From contig JAEHCO010000002.1 of NCBI GenBank assembly GCA_020697715.1, positions 128,001 through 192,000 on the forward strand: 64,000 nucleotides of DNA, in the 5' to 3' direction. The notes beneath the pieces were generated by a model. It saw only the letters and a list, made by a program, of their open reading frames with translations. It was not told the origin of the DNA and made no database searches. Both the position numbers and the translations under genes were made by a program. Origin of the DNA: Methanobacteriota archaeon. GTDB lineage: Archaea; Thermoplasmatota; Thermoplasmata; SG8-5; JAGLSY01. This document shows, in pieces, positions 32,001 through 40,268 of this stretch; position 1 is the first letter of the stretch; every line of letters starts with the position of its first letter.

Positions 32001-33766
32001 TTGTGACCACCACAAGCACGGACCTTGAATTCGATTGGGATGACTGGATGGGCGGGGCGCAGCAGATAGGCATGCGCTTCACAGGCGTCGATGTACCTCA
32101 GGGAGCTACAATAACCAGCGCTGACCTGACCTTCACATGTGACGAGGCGGACAAAGGTGTCAGCCCAGTTGACCTGACATTCTTTGCAGAGGCGTCTGAT
32201 AACCCAGTTGCATTTGCAGCTGGTGATTTCGATCTCACGAACAGGGCCGACGGGGCACAGACCGCTGCTTGGACAAATGTGCCTTCGTGGACACTTGCAA
32301 ATACATACACGACACCAGATCTCTCGAATGTGATCCAGGAGGTCGTGGACAGACCTGGCTGGAACCCGCTGAACGCCATGGCGATATTCGCCACTGGAAA
32401 TGGACAGGGAGGAAGGGTCGCAGAGCCTGCAGAGTCGGGTGCTGCTGTCTCACCACTGCTATCTATCACGTACATAACCTCATCTTTCAATATCAAAGCG
32501 AATGGTGCCAATTCACCCACACAGTCATGGGATTTAGGGAATGGGGATTATCCAGACCCTGGAGCCGGTGGTGCTCTGCATTACCTGACCTCGCCAGATA
32601 TTGACTTGACAGGTGAATCAAATGCCGAATTGAGCTTCTGGCATTGGAGGGATTTCGAACCTGGGTTAGTGGATGGTGGCAATGTGAAGATATCAACCAC
32701 TGGAACCGGAGGGCCTTGGATATCACTGGACAGCCCAACACCAGCCTATGATGGGGCTTGTGTCGGAACCGACAACCCGCTCAATGGCGAGCAAATATGG
32801 GGTAATAATGACGTCTGGGAGCAGGTGACGATAGATATATCGGCCTATGCTGGTAACGTGGTCAATGTCAGATGGGAGGCAGGTGTTGACAATTCAGGGA
32901 CCACAGCGGATGCTGGTTGGAGAATTGACGATATTCAGGTCACTTCCTTGTCCGGGAACCACGAGCACAATGTGCTGAACTGGACCCTCTCCGCGGATGA
33001 CGGTGCAGGGGCTGATGATGTAGCATCCTACAATATCTACAGAGCTGATAATCCAGGAGGACCGTGGGATGCGGCCGCTCTATGGGACACAGTAACGGCG
33101 GGCACCGACACCTACACAGACCCAGGAGCGGGTGAGTTCGACGGGACGACCTGGTGGTATGTTGTGAGAGCGAAGGATTCGCTTGGCAATGAGGACACTA
33201 ACACAATTGCAGTTCCAGAGCCCGGTGCTGTGCCTCCTTCAAACTTTATGATACCCGTGATCGCTGGCTGGAACTTCATATCCACGCCACTGATACCCTC
33301 TGATACATCGATCTTGACCATCATGACCGATATTGATGGGGACACCACATGGAGCACCATATTCTACTATGATGGTTCTGATGTAGCAGATCACTGGAAG
33401 TGTTATGATAAGGCACAGTTCGCGGCTGGATTATCTCAGGACCTAAGTAATATCGATGTAAAGATGGGTGTCTGGGTATTCGTGGATGTCGTGGGTGATG
33501 GCTTCATCAAGGTGGAAGGCACAGACCCGGTTGGCACGACCATCAACCTGGTCGCTGGCTGGAACATGGTGGGCTTCCCATCACAGGTTGAAGGTTATAC
33601 TGCCCTTGACCTCAAGACAGATTCTGGTGGTTTAGTTACCATCATTGAAAGATTCAATGATGCGTCGGCCTATAATATGGAACTCATGCCAGATGGTGAG
33701 ATGTTCATCAGAGGGCAGGCATATTGGGTCTACTGCACCGCGGCATATTCGTGGGTAATACCATAG
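29003..33766 (+). CDS. Large secreted purple-acid-phosphatase-family metallophosphoesterase with FN3 and accessory domains
   Basis: GDSR, GDYEY, GNHE, QAHQPMY, GHNHMYQR; PAP N-terminal FN3; start placed at ATG 29003. Confidence 0.85.
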   Translation: MRDKQANGLKSKNNTADMLVLIIVLALILPTVASMIQLPEATASAPARIRLSFTNADTQTRMTVTWETDSTGNPATVEYGTTVALGSSVSGASRTLWRGDAAHTTEITGLNPGTEYFYRVSGDSGEWSSIYSFNTAPSGPADTSFFAGGDSRDNAAGWATCANSMASQPEVDLTLFNGDYEYEYSDPATMRTWFTNAEATTRIQPFLTQMGNHEEDYAAGDYLNYLDDFDLIGVNGDETDEHFYSFDWGLVHFISLNTEADERNYIPATVQAAQNAWLAADLAAADANRDNVPWIVVQAHQPMYAAGGSHGPPSGGNCVATWLPLFDTYNVNVYINGHNHMYQRSYPIEAGAATTTAVNYYPPSTTGTIYATIGKMGTSSTYTPSGSALFAPTENNQISYGRFDVLVSNGSMHYTLLDPYAGEAILDEFWWEIDYINSAGTIDIEKDLYAGEDTVQITVKDSDLNTNSGVAETVDVTLSSTTEPGGETVTLTEQGLDIGIFMGTGTISLTDGAGIVHVSDGDTITATYNDADDGSGSPAVVDDTALVDGASPAPPTTLSVEWYGQNSGASIYNYQGVTAAAGPHDIYECSATSISSPAGPVINIQTEASDAEYVLVDTSDDNRWASPDYGGSEHVFMLCDMQITEAASTVDQLEFSYEVFATRASDFYIWAQDNSANWYQVGGPISLGNNGEATITRTIGLSGDDLLMDPSGFVNAGIVSWGLWQTDVSDDLATDYAELTVAYSYTSTDDNTLNWTRSADDGAGADDVLRYNIYRADNAGGPWDTILDSVPAGTETYCDVGMGEFDGTNWWYVVRAEDIAGNEDTNSNAVPEQFLGNVAPFAPLTPTPSDGATINDPDPALSVSVTDPNGDPMDVHFYDASGPTLIGTDPGVISGGIATISWLGLSDGTYTWYAVADDGEFTTQSATWTFTVDTSVEPPTGLTVEWSIPFASTIFSDDVEGGDLGYLTSGGGAPITVTYRVTDDAEECIDPAPTAQYTGFVTTTSTDLEFDWDDWMGGAQQIGMRFTGVDVPQGATITSADLTFTCDEADKGVSPVDLTFFAEASDNPVAFAAGDFDLTNRADGAQTAAWTNVPSWTLANTYTTPDLSNVIQEVVDRPGWNPLNAMAIFATGNGQGGRVAEPAESGAAVSPLLSITYITSSFNIKANGANSPTQSWDLGNGDYPDPGAGGALHYLTSPDIDLTGESNAELSFWHWRDFEPGLVDGGNVKISTTGTGGPWISLDSPTPAYDGACVGTDNPLNGEQIWGNNDVWEQVTIDISAYAGNVVNVRWEAGVDNSGTTADAGWRIDDIQVTSLSGNHEHNVLNWTLSADDGAGADDVASYNIYRADNPGGPWDAAALWDTVTAGTDTYTDPGAGEFDGTTWWYVVRAKDSLGNEDTNTIAVPEPGAVPPSNFMIPVIAGWNFISTPLIPSDTSILTIMTDIDGDTTWSTIFYYDGSDVADHWKCYDKAQFAAGLSQDLSNIDVKMGVWVFVDVVGDGFIKVEGTDPVGTTINLVAGWNMVGFPSQVEGYTALDLKTDSGGLVTIIERFNDASAYNMELMPDGEMFIRGQAYWVYCTAAYSWVIP

Positions 33767-33840
33767 AACATACCGGTGATCGACCTGGATAGCTATGGTC
33801 AAAATAATGGCTGACAGCCCTAATTAGACTATCCTATATC

Positions 33841-33920
33841 TCAGATGCCTCTCAGGCTTTCTTTCAATCTGGATAGCTCGTCCTGTCGCTTTCTCCAGGC
33901 ATCTTCTTTATCAGTTAAGG
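33841..33920 (-). repeat. Right boundary repeat (current 3' end of the coiled-coil gene)
   Basis: Matches 26806-26885; mismatches fall mostly at synonymous positions. Confidence 0.9.
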
Positions 33921-36270
33921 CTTGTTCTCTATCATCCAGTTCCTTGAGGCGATCCTTCATCTCCACTTCCACTTTCTCGCGGAGCTCGTCCTCTTTCTTT
34001 TCCAGAGTCCATTCTCTCTGTGTGAGCTTGTCCTCTTTTGCTTTGGCGGCTTCCTCACGGTCCTTGAGCTCATTGGAATAATGCTCCAGCTCATCACGTT
34101 CTTCCATGACCTTGGCCAGCTCGGTCCTTATCGAAGCAAGTTTCGTGTCAGCTTCAGCTTCCTTCTTGGCCAGTTCTTTCTCTTTCGCTTTTATTTCGGT
34201 ATTGGAGAGCTTGATATCCTCGGTCTTCTTGGAATGTAGTTTTTCTTTCTTCGCTTCCTCGCGCTCCAGCTTCTTTCTCTCTGTTTCTAATGCTTTTTCC
34301 GCTGCTGCCAAGGTGGAATCCTTGTCATCCAGATCCTGCTCTCTTTCGTCGAGCAGGGAGGATGTCTTTCCCAATTCCTGGAAACGATTGTCCAACTCGG
34401 CTTTTATTCCTTGAAGCCGAGATTCTTCCCCGTCCAGCTCTTCCGCTCTCTGATTTAAATTCGCTTCTATATCTGATAGTGATGTTTCTTGCTCGTCCAG
34501 CTTCTTCGACCTGCGATCGAGCTTTCTCAGCTCGTCTCTCGCGATCTTTTTCTGTTCCTTCTCCAGGGCCGCGAGCTCGACTTCTTTATCTTCCAGCTTG
34601 TCCTCGTGCAGGGTGGCCTTCTCCTCTCTCTTTTTTATTTCCGCGGCCTTCATTTCCAGCTCTGTTCCGAGATCGACCAATTCGCCCAGTCTCTTATCCA
34701 GCTTCTGGAATTCTCTTTTGGCCTGCCGATCTTTCTTTCTTAGATCGGCTTCGAGGTCTTTCACACTGGCTTCTAATTTTTCCAGGGCGGCCATCTCGGC
34801 TTTCAGCCTCTCGTCATCCAGAGTTATCGCCTTCTCCCTCTTGGTGAGCTCCCTCTGGATATTTCTTAAGGATTTCTTCTCATCCTTCAGGGCTTCGGAC
34901 ATATCCGTAGTACGTTTCTCAAGTCCCCCCAGCTTTCTCAGCTCCTTGTCGAGCTTCACCCGGTCCGCGTCAAAGGTCTTGCGCGCGTCCACGAACAATT
35001 TCATGTCCCGCTCGAGGGAGATCCTCTCAGCTTCCATCTCCTCTTTTTCCTTGGTAATTGATTCTGATTCTGATTCCAGTGAACTTAGATCCGCCTCGAT
35101 GGCCTTCTTCTCCTTCGCCAGCTTCCGTAGCTCAAGGTCGGTCTGTTTCTTTTTCGCGGCCAGGTCCTTCTCCATATCTTTCAATTTTGCCTCTAATTTC
35201 TTGACCTGGTCAGACTTCTTGTTTACTTCGCCGGCCTCTGTCTGAACTGACTTCGCCCTCTCCAAAAGATCCTTCTCGATCCTCTGGAGATTATCTTCGG
35301 TCTTCAGAAGGTCAGCCTCTTTTTTCACATATTCCGTTATCTTGGCTTCGAGCTGGGCCTGGGCTTCTCTTTGTCTATTGGTCTCTTCTGATATATCTCG
35401 CCAGATGGATTCCAATTCCGCTCTTTCATTGGCCAGAACATCCTGTGATCGTCCAATATCCGCATTTCTTGCTTCCATGTCGGATTCCTTCACAGACAGC
35501 AATTTTTCTTTGTCTTCCAAAGAACTTTCTTTTTCTGCCAGGAGCTTCTCCATCTTCAGGAGGTCTTCCTCCTTGGCCTCAAGCTTCATCGCCTCGACCT
35601 TTTTCTCGGCCAGCACCATGACATCTTCCTCTGTCAGCTCTTTTTTATTGGCAGTGGTGTAGTGCTTCAGAAGTGCGACAGAACCCATCTTCACGGATTC
35701 CAATTCACCTTTTAATTTATCGATGGTCATCTGCCTGGCAAGAGCATCTTCTCTTTCCAGGGCCAGCTCTCTGGACCTGTCGCCGAGCGCTGCCTCCGTG
35801 TTCTTGAGGTCGTGCTCCCTCCGGGCCTGGGCCTCCAGGGCCTTCCTCTCCTGGGCAATGCGATCTTTCTCCTCGCTTCCAACCTGCCCCATGATGATAT
35901 CCAGATCAATACTGCCTCCAATGACAGTGTCCGGATACTGGTCCTTGATATGCGCCAAGCTCACGCTGGATGATTTGTAAGAGTATGAATGAATTTCCAG
36001 GATGCAATCTTCTTTTATGGAATCCCTGGCTATTTCCAATATTGCTTCCTCGCCGATGGAATCTTCCACCGAGGAATGGGATGCCAGCATCGCCTTCCCC
36101 TTCTTTATCACGATATGCCCTATCGATATACTGCCGTCCCTCACATAGCTTGTCTTGATGAAGCCGTCGATACCTTGGCTATCGAATTCATTCAATAGGT
36201 CTTCCAATGCTGTTTTGCTTCCAAAGGCCGTCTTCAATATCCTTCCGCTGGGCAGTCTCATAAATATCAT
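33841..36270 (-). CDS. Long coiled-coil protein with N-terminal DUF2226-like domain
   Basis: MRLPSG...DGFIK N-terminal alpha/beta domain followed by ~650 aa of E/K/L heptads; no Walker A. Confidence 0.75.
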   Translation of the reverse strand: MIFMRLPSGRILKTAFGSKTALEDLLNEFDSQGIDGFIKTSYVRDGSISIGHIVIKKGKAMLASHSSVEDSIGEEAILEIARDSIKEDCILEIHSYSYKSSSVSLAHIKDQYPDTVIGGSIDLDIIMGQVGSEEKDRIAQERKALEAQARREHDLKNTEAALGDRSRELALEREDALARQMTIDKLKGELESVKMGSVALLKHYTTANKKELTEEDVMVLAEKKVEAMKLEAKEEDLLKMEKLLAEKESSLEDKEKLLSVKESDMEARNADIGRSQDVLANERAELESIWRDISEETNRQREAQAQLEAKITEYVKKEADLLKTEDNLQRIEKDLLERAKSVQTEAGEVNKKSDQVKKLEAKLKDMEKDLAAKKKQTDLELRKLAKEKKAIEADLSSLESESESITKEKEEMEAERISLERDMKLFVDARKTFDADRVKLDKELRKLGGLEKRTTDMSEALKDEKKSLRNIQRELTKREKAITLDDERLKAEMAALEKLEASVKDLEADLRKKDRQAKREFQKLDKRLGELVDLGTELEMKAAEIKKREEKATLHEDKLEDKEVELAALEKEQKKIARDELRKLDRRSKKLDEQETSLSDIEANLNQRAEELDGEESRLQGIKAELDNRFQELGKTSSLLDEREQDLDDKDSTLAAAEKALETERKKLEREEAKKEKLHSKKTEDIKLSNTEIKAKEKELAKKEAEADTKLASIRTELAKVMEERDELEHYSNELKDREEAAKAKEDKLTQREWTLEKKEDELREKVEVEMKDRLKELDDREQALTDKEDAWRKRQDELSRLKESLRGI

Positions 36271-36389
36271 TGTCCATACTTATATGTCAGAACAGATGAT
36301 AGTTCTCCTTAAATATATTTCTTATTGAATTCTTAGTTTTAACATAACTTTTAACATAACATATTTGTGTAAGTTTGCTATGAGGGAAC

Positions 36390-36464
36390 TGTCCCATGAT
36401 GAGAAGAGGGTCAACTGAGTGACTGTAATGGAAGCCGTGATGAACCCTATGAGTGCTGAGGACA
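36390..36464 (+). ncRNA. Box C/D guide sRNA (sR-tMet-like)
   Basis: C box ATGATGA 36396, D' CTGA 36415, C' GTGATGA 36437, D CTGA 36456; two 12-nt guides; terminal stem tgtcc/ggaca. Confidence 0.9.
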
Positions 36465-36619
36465 TCAATTATATTAGTCCATTAATCCCATGTGCAATCC
36501 CCATACCCAAACTCCTTCAAAATCCCGACACATTTGGGCAAATATCTGCCGCTTTTTCCCTCGGGCCATAAACAGATGTTTATAAACTCAAAAACAAATA
36601 TCTTCAAACTGGAGAGAAT

Positions 36620-36892
36620 ATGGAATATATTGACATCACGATCTTTATCGGAATCATCCTCGGGCTACTGGCCCTCACAATATTGGTAAATAAAAAGATG
36701 AGAGAGCCCCAGCTGGAGAAGGAAATTGACTACAAAGCATTCTACGTCATGGGGATCTCCTTGATCCCAATAGGAATTATTTTAACAACAGTCATCAGCC
36801 CGGCTTTCATCTGCATAGCAGGAGCGGGAGCGAGCTTTGTTTTCTTCGGCCTGAGGAATAAGGACAAATGGCAGACTGATCAAGAGATATAA
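36620..36892 (+). CDS. Small 3-TM membrane protein
   Basis: Hydrophobic ORF with ggag RBS; DYKAFYVMGI...GLRNKDKW. Confidence 0.65.
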   Translation: MEYIDITIFIGIILGLLALTILVNKKMREPQLEKEIDYKAFYVMGISLIPIGIILTTVISPAFICIAGAGASFVFFGLRNKDKWQTDQEI

Positions 36893-36948
36893 GAAAACGA
36901 TATTAAAGGCGTTCTCAATTCTGCTTCATAATAGAGGAAGGTAATTCG

Positions 36949-37437
36949 ATGAAAAAATATTTGATTGCATATTTTTCTTACAAGGGGCATACGGAAACCA
37001 TAGCCAGAATGATTGAGGAGATGGCTGGTGGAGATTTGTTTCAAATCGAGACCGCCAAGCCTTATCCTGAAGATTATCAAGAAACCGTGGATTTGGCAAA
37101 ATCTGAGCAGAAGAACGAGGCCAGGCCTGAACTCAAAGGCCAGGTATCTGATCCTGATTCATATGATGTGATTTTCCTGGGTTTCCCCCTATGGTGGTAC
37201 ACTTTCCCAATGGCTGTGAGCACTTTCCTCGAAGCCTATGAATTTTCTGGAAAAACCATAATCCCCTTCTGTACACATGGAGGTAGCGGGATTAGCAACA
37301 GTGTCAATGATATCAGGAAGCTTTGTCCAAATGCGGAGGTCGAGAATGCGATCTCCATCTATGGCAGCAATGCGAAGGATGCAAAGAGTGATATTGAAAA
37401 ATGGATTGCAGATCTGAGTATATTACTGCATTCATGA
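36949..37437 (+). CDS. Flavodoxin (Flavodoxin_4 type)
   Basis: YFSYKGHTETIA, GFPLWW, PFCTHGGSG. Confidence 0.9.
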   Translation: MKKYLIAYFSYKGHTETIARMIEEMAGGDLFQIETAKPYPEDYQETVDLAKSEQKNEARPELKGQVSDPDSYDVIFLGFPLWWYTFPMAVSTFLEAYEFSGKTIIPFCTHGGSGISNSVNDIRKLCPNAEVENAISIYGSNAKDAKSDIEKWIADLSILLHS

Positions 37438-37910
37438 ATTACTAACCCTTCGGGTTCAAAGCAAATTCATCAAACCTTCAAAGTATCCACTAACTATTGA
37501 CATTGATTTGTCCCAGTTCGCCATAATACTGTTTCAAGGTGTTGGCATAGGACGGGGTGTTTTTGCGTAGTTCTTACCCCGGCTCGAATTTACTGGCTGG
37601 CTTAGAAAGGTTCTCTGAGTGACTGAGGATACCTAAATTACTGGCTCGCTTTTTTGGGGGTTGGCCATTGCCCTGGTAGTGGTGGCATTTGTTTTGTTGG
37701 GGAGAAAGAAGGGGAAGAAGAGGGGTGAGAGTTCGTGGGTCTTGGGACTGGTTGGGATGGCTGGGGTGGGTGAGAGCGATTTGAACAACATTTGCCTAAC
37801 CATAGTGAAATCATAATCCTCTCCAACAACACACTTGTTAGGTCATTATTTCCATCAACTATTCTCAGAACATCTTAATCTACTCTTTATTTATAATACT
37901 ATGAAGTATT

Positions 37911-38381
37911 TTGCAACCGATGATTGATAATCCAATATTGAAATGGCGGATATACCCCATCAAATCAAAAAATATGCACTCACTACTGAAACAAGATAAT
38001 CCAATATATATTAAGTATCCTGTTCGCACCCCATCAAAAAAATACAAGCCAGAAATGAGCGAAAATGATCTTGTCTTTTTTTATATTGCCAAGAAAAAAA
38101 TAATAACACATTATGCTAAAATTCAATCTGTTTCAATTTATTATCCTGAGCAGATTTTAAAAGATGTAATAAATAATACTCAGATGACTATTGATGAGTT
38201 TCAAAATTACTCTAAAAATAGACGGGATTGCCCATTAATTGCATTTAAACTTGATAAAATATCTAATATGAATAAGGTTTTCTACCCCATGTACCATGTT
38301 TCAATGACTGGTAGATTTTTTAAACACGATGAGATTTATGTAATCGAATCTTTAATTAATCAAGATGTTTATGGCGATTAA
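37911..38381 (+). CDS. DUF365-like PUA/ASCH-fold protein
   Basis: IYPI...IKY...DLVFFY...AKI...EFQNY...VSMTGRF pattern; true start may be ATG 37920. Confidence 0.6.
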   Translation: MQPMIDNPILKWRIYPIKSKNMHSLLKQDNPIYIKYPVRTPSKKYKPEMSENDLVFFYIAKKKIITHYAKIQSVSIYYPEQILKDVINNTQMTIDEFQNYSKNRRDCPLIAFKLDKISNMNKVFYPMYHVSMTGRFFKHDEIYVIESLINQDVYGD

Positions 38382-38680
38382 CTTCTTAATATTTCATTGA
38401 TTAATGCTTGAAACTCTTGTACACACGGTTATGTAGCTTGAATTTCAATATAAATTTCTCTATTTCCTCTAATTGTTGGATTAACTGGATTAACTATTGG
38501 AAAAGCGCCCTATCCAATCCCTTGAAAATTTCTTTATTCAAAGTATTGCTTCTTTGTTGAATCAGCCAAATATTCAGTGCTACTAGAACCTACCCCTATC
38601 AATTCAATTTTTTTTCAGTTTCCTTTATTTTAATATATATGTAATTCAAATAAAGGAAACCAAAACGACTGCTTCTTTAC

Positions 38681-39277
38681 TTATATTCCAATTTTTTCCC
38701 GGCTTTCGCAAGCATAGCATTTTCCACATGGTTTATCTCCGAAATTCCTGCCATCTTTCCAACAAGACCAAGTTAATTCAAAATAGTCATTAAATCCTTT
38801 ACTAATGCCATAATCTAGTAAATTCATTTTAGTTAGGTCAATATAAGGCGCTTCAAATCTTATTCTAGCATCCTCTTTATTATTTCGAACCCCCTCACTT
38901 ATACCTTTATTCAAAATATCTATAATCTCTTTTGAAGTATCTTCAGTATCGTCTGAATTGAATCCAAGCAAAACAGTAGAATAATTATCATAATTTGATT
39001 CTATATATGAGGCGGCAATTAGCATCAGGATCATATTTCGACAAGGAAATCCATCTGGCCTATTCCAAGTAAGTCCAACATTTAAATTAATTATTTTATC
39101 ATTAAATGATCCCTTTTCTGATATGTTCTTAACAGCTTTTCTTTCATTATAAAGGGCTGTTTGGCCCCGATTAAAAAATATGGGCTTTACTTCTTCATAT
39201 TGGTTAATTGCATCCAGGGTTAAAATTGTCGAATCAAGTCCACCAGAGAATAATGGATATGCAATCCCTCTTTTCAT
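38681..39277 (-). CDS. queC: QueC-like 7-cyano-7-deazaguanine synthase (PP-loop ATPase)
   Basis: SGGLDST, PCRN, TWSC...PCGKCYAC Zn site. Confidence 0.85.
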   Translation of the reverse strand: MKRGIAYPLFSGGLDSTILTLDAINQYEEVKPIFFNRGQTALYNERKAVKNISEKGSFNDKIINLNVGLTWNRPDGFPCRNMILMLIAASYIESNYDNYSTVLLGFNSDDTEDTSKEIIDILNKGISEGVRNNKEDARIRFEAPYIDLTKMNLLDYGISKGFNDYFELTWSCWKDGRNFGDKPCGKCYACESREKIGI

Positions 39278-39328
39278 AATGCCATTAATATCTTTATATT
39301 ATTTAGTCATATGCTGAAAATTAGGTCA

Positions 39329-40231
39329 TTAATTTAAATTATTAATTGTAAAAACCAATTCATCTAAAGAATATTTGGTTTTCATGCCTTGAAAATCCCA
39401 CAATAGTTTCTTTGTTGATTTTATTTTTTTTATTGTGGCTTGGGTGGGCAATACGATATAACTAATGTCTAACTCATCCATTACTGTTTTCATTATTACT
39501 GCTTGAATACTATTGGGTCTCATATAAGCAATATGGAAATCGTATTCTGTTTTGTTTAGATATTTATGAAGTCTTTCAATTGTTGTAGTCTTGTATATTT
39601 CTATTTCTTTTTTATTTAGTGACCTAAGATCACACTCATATGCATAAAAGGGAAAGGTTCTGTGGTATTCTTCAGGTATTGGTGCTGATGCATTTGATAC
39701 AACAAGCCAATGAATATTATCTAGATTGTTATCTACTTTATCCTTTAGATGAGCAAATATTTTATTAAAAGTATCTGAAATGAGATATGGCTTAGTACTT
39801 GAACAAGTGGTCCAAAAAGCAATGTTTTTATGTTTTGGTTTTGAGTAGTTATTAACAATATCAAAATGAGCCTTTTCAAAATGTTCATGTAAAAAACATG
39901 TTCCTAATATTCCATTATAATCTCGTTTATTATAATCAATTATCATTCTATCATATTTCCCAATAAGCTCATTGTGGTAATCATTTATATCGCTTATATC
40001 TATGGAGTTTAACAATGAAAACACAACAGTCTCCATCAATTTTTCTTTTTTTCGGGATTCAATATTGATTTGATTATTTTTCAAGAAATTGGTGACAACC
40101 CATATAGGAGCACTATCTAATATTCTTACCAAATCAATGACTAGATATCTATTTGTTTTGTCTGGAATATCAAGTGTTTCTATGTCTATATACTTGTGAC
40201 TCATAGCACGACGATTAATTTTTGATACCAT
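39329..40231 (-). CDS. ArcS-like (DUF5591) domain protein
   Basis: CSSTKPYLISDTF...HWLVVS...PIPEEY...FPFYAYE resembles ArcS PCSxxKPYSxSxSH...VPRELE..YP..HYD. Confidence 0.7.
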   Translation of the reverse strand: MVSKINRRAMSHKYIDIETLDIPDKTNRYLVIDLVRILDSAPIWVVTNFLKNNQINIESRKKEKLMETVVFSLLNSIDISDINDYHNELIGKYDRMIIDYNKRDYNGILGTCFLHEHFEKAHFDIVNNYSKPKHKNIAFWTTCSSTKPYLISDTFNKIFAHLKDKVDNNLDNIHWLVVSNASAPIPEEYHRTFPFYAYECDLRSLNKKEIEIYKTTTIERLHKYLNKTEYDFHIAYMRPNSIQAVIMKTVMDELDISYIVLPTQATIKKIKSTKKLLWDFQGMKTKYSLDELVFTINNLN

Positions 40232-40268
40232 CTAAGCCATATACGAGATTTAAGAATATAAAGGTTTA

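Larger units (their letters stand above)
26886..33840. mobile_element. ~7-kb insertion (islet) bounded by the duplicated gene end; no integrase or transposase inside
   Basis: Direct repeats at offset 7035 bp flank a regulator and two secreted-protein genes. Confidence 0.6.

Noticed and set aside
26806-33920. DGR template/variable repeat pair
   Set aside because: Mismatches are synonymous rather than adenine-specific, and no reverse transcriptase is present
33841-36270. SMC/Rad50 ATPase
   Set aside because: No Walker A/B, signature motif or hinge
37585-37655. Short repeat ttactggct.gctt (x2) with a weak inverted echo near 45070, as possible island ends
   Set aside because: Matches are too short and degenerate to call att sites or terminal inverted repeats
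37638-37832. 64-aa Pro/Ser-rich ORF in a purine/G-rich tract
   Set aside because: Low complexity, no convincing start or RBS
38386-38640. Possible decayed gene on the minus strand (fragments ...NFQGIG*GAFPIVNP...)
   Set aside because: Multiple stops and no recognisable family; cannot be supported without a search
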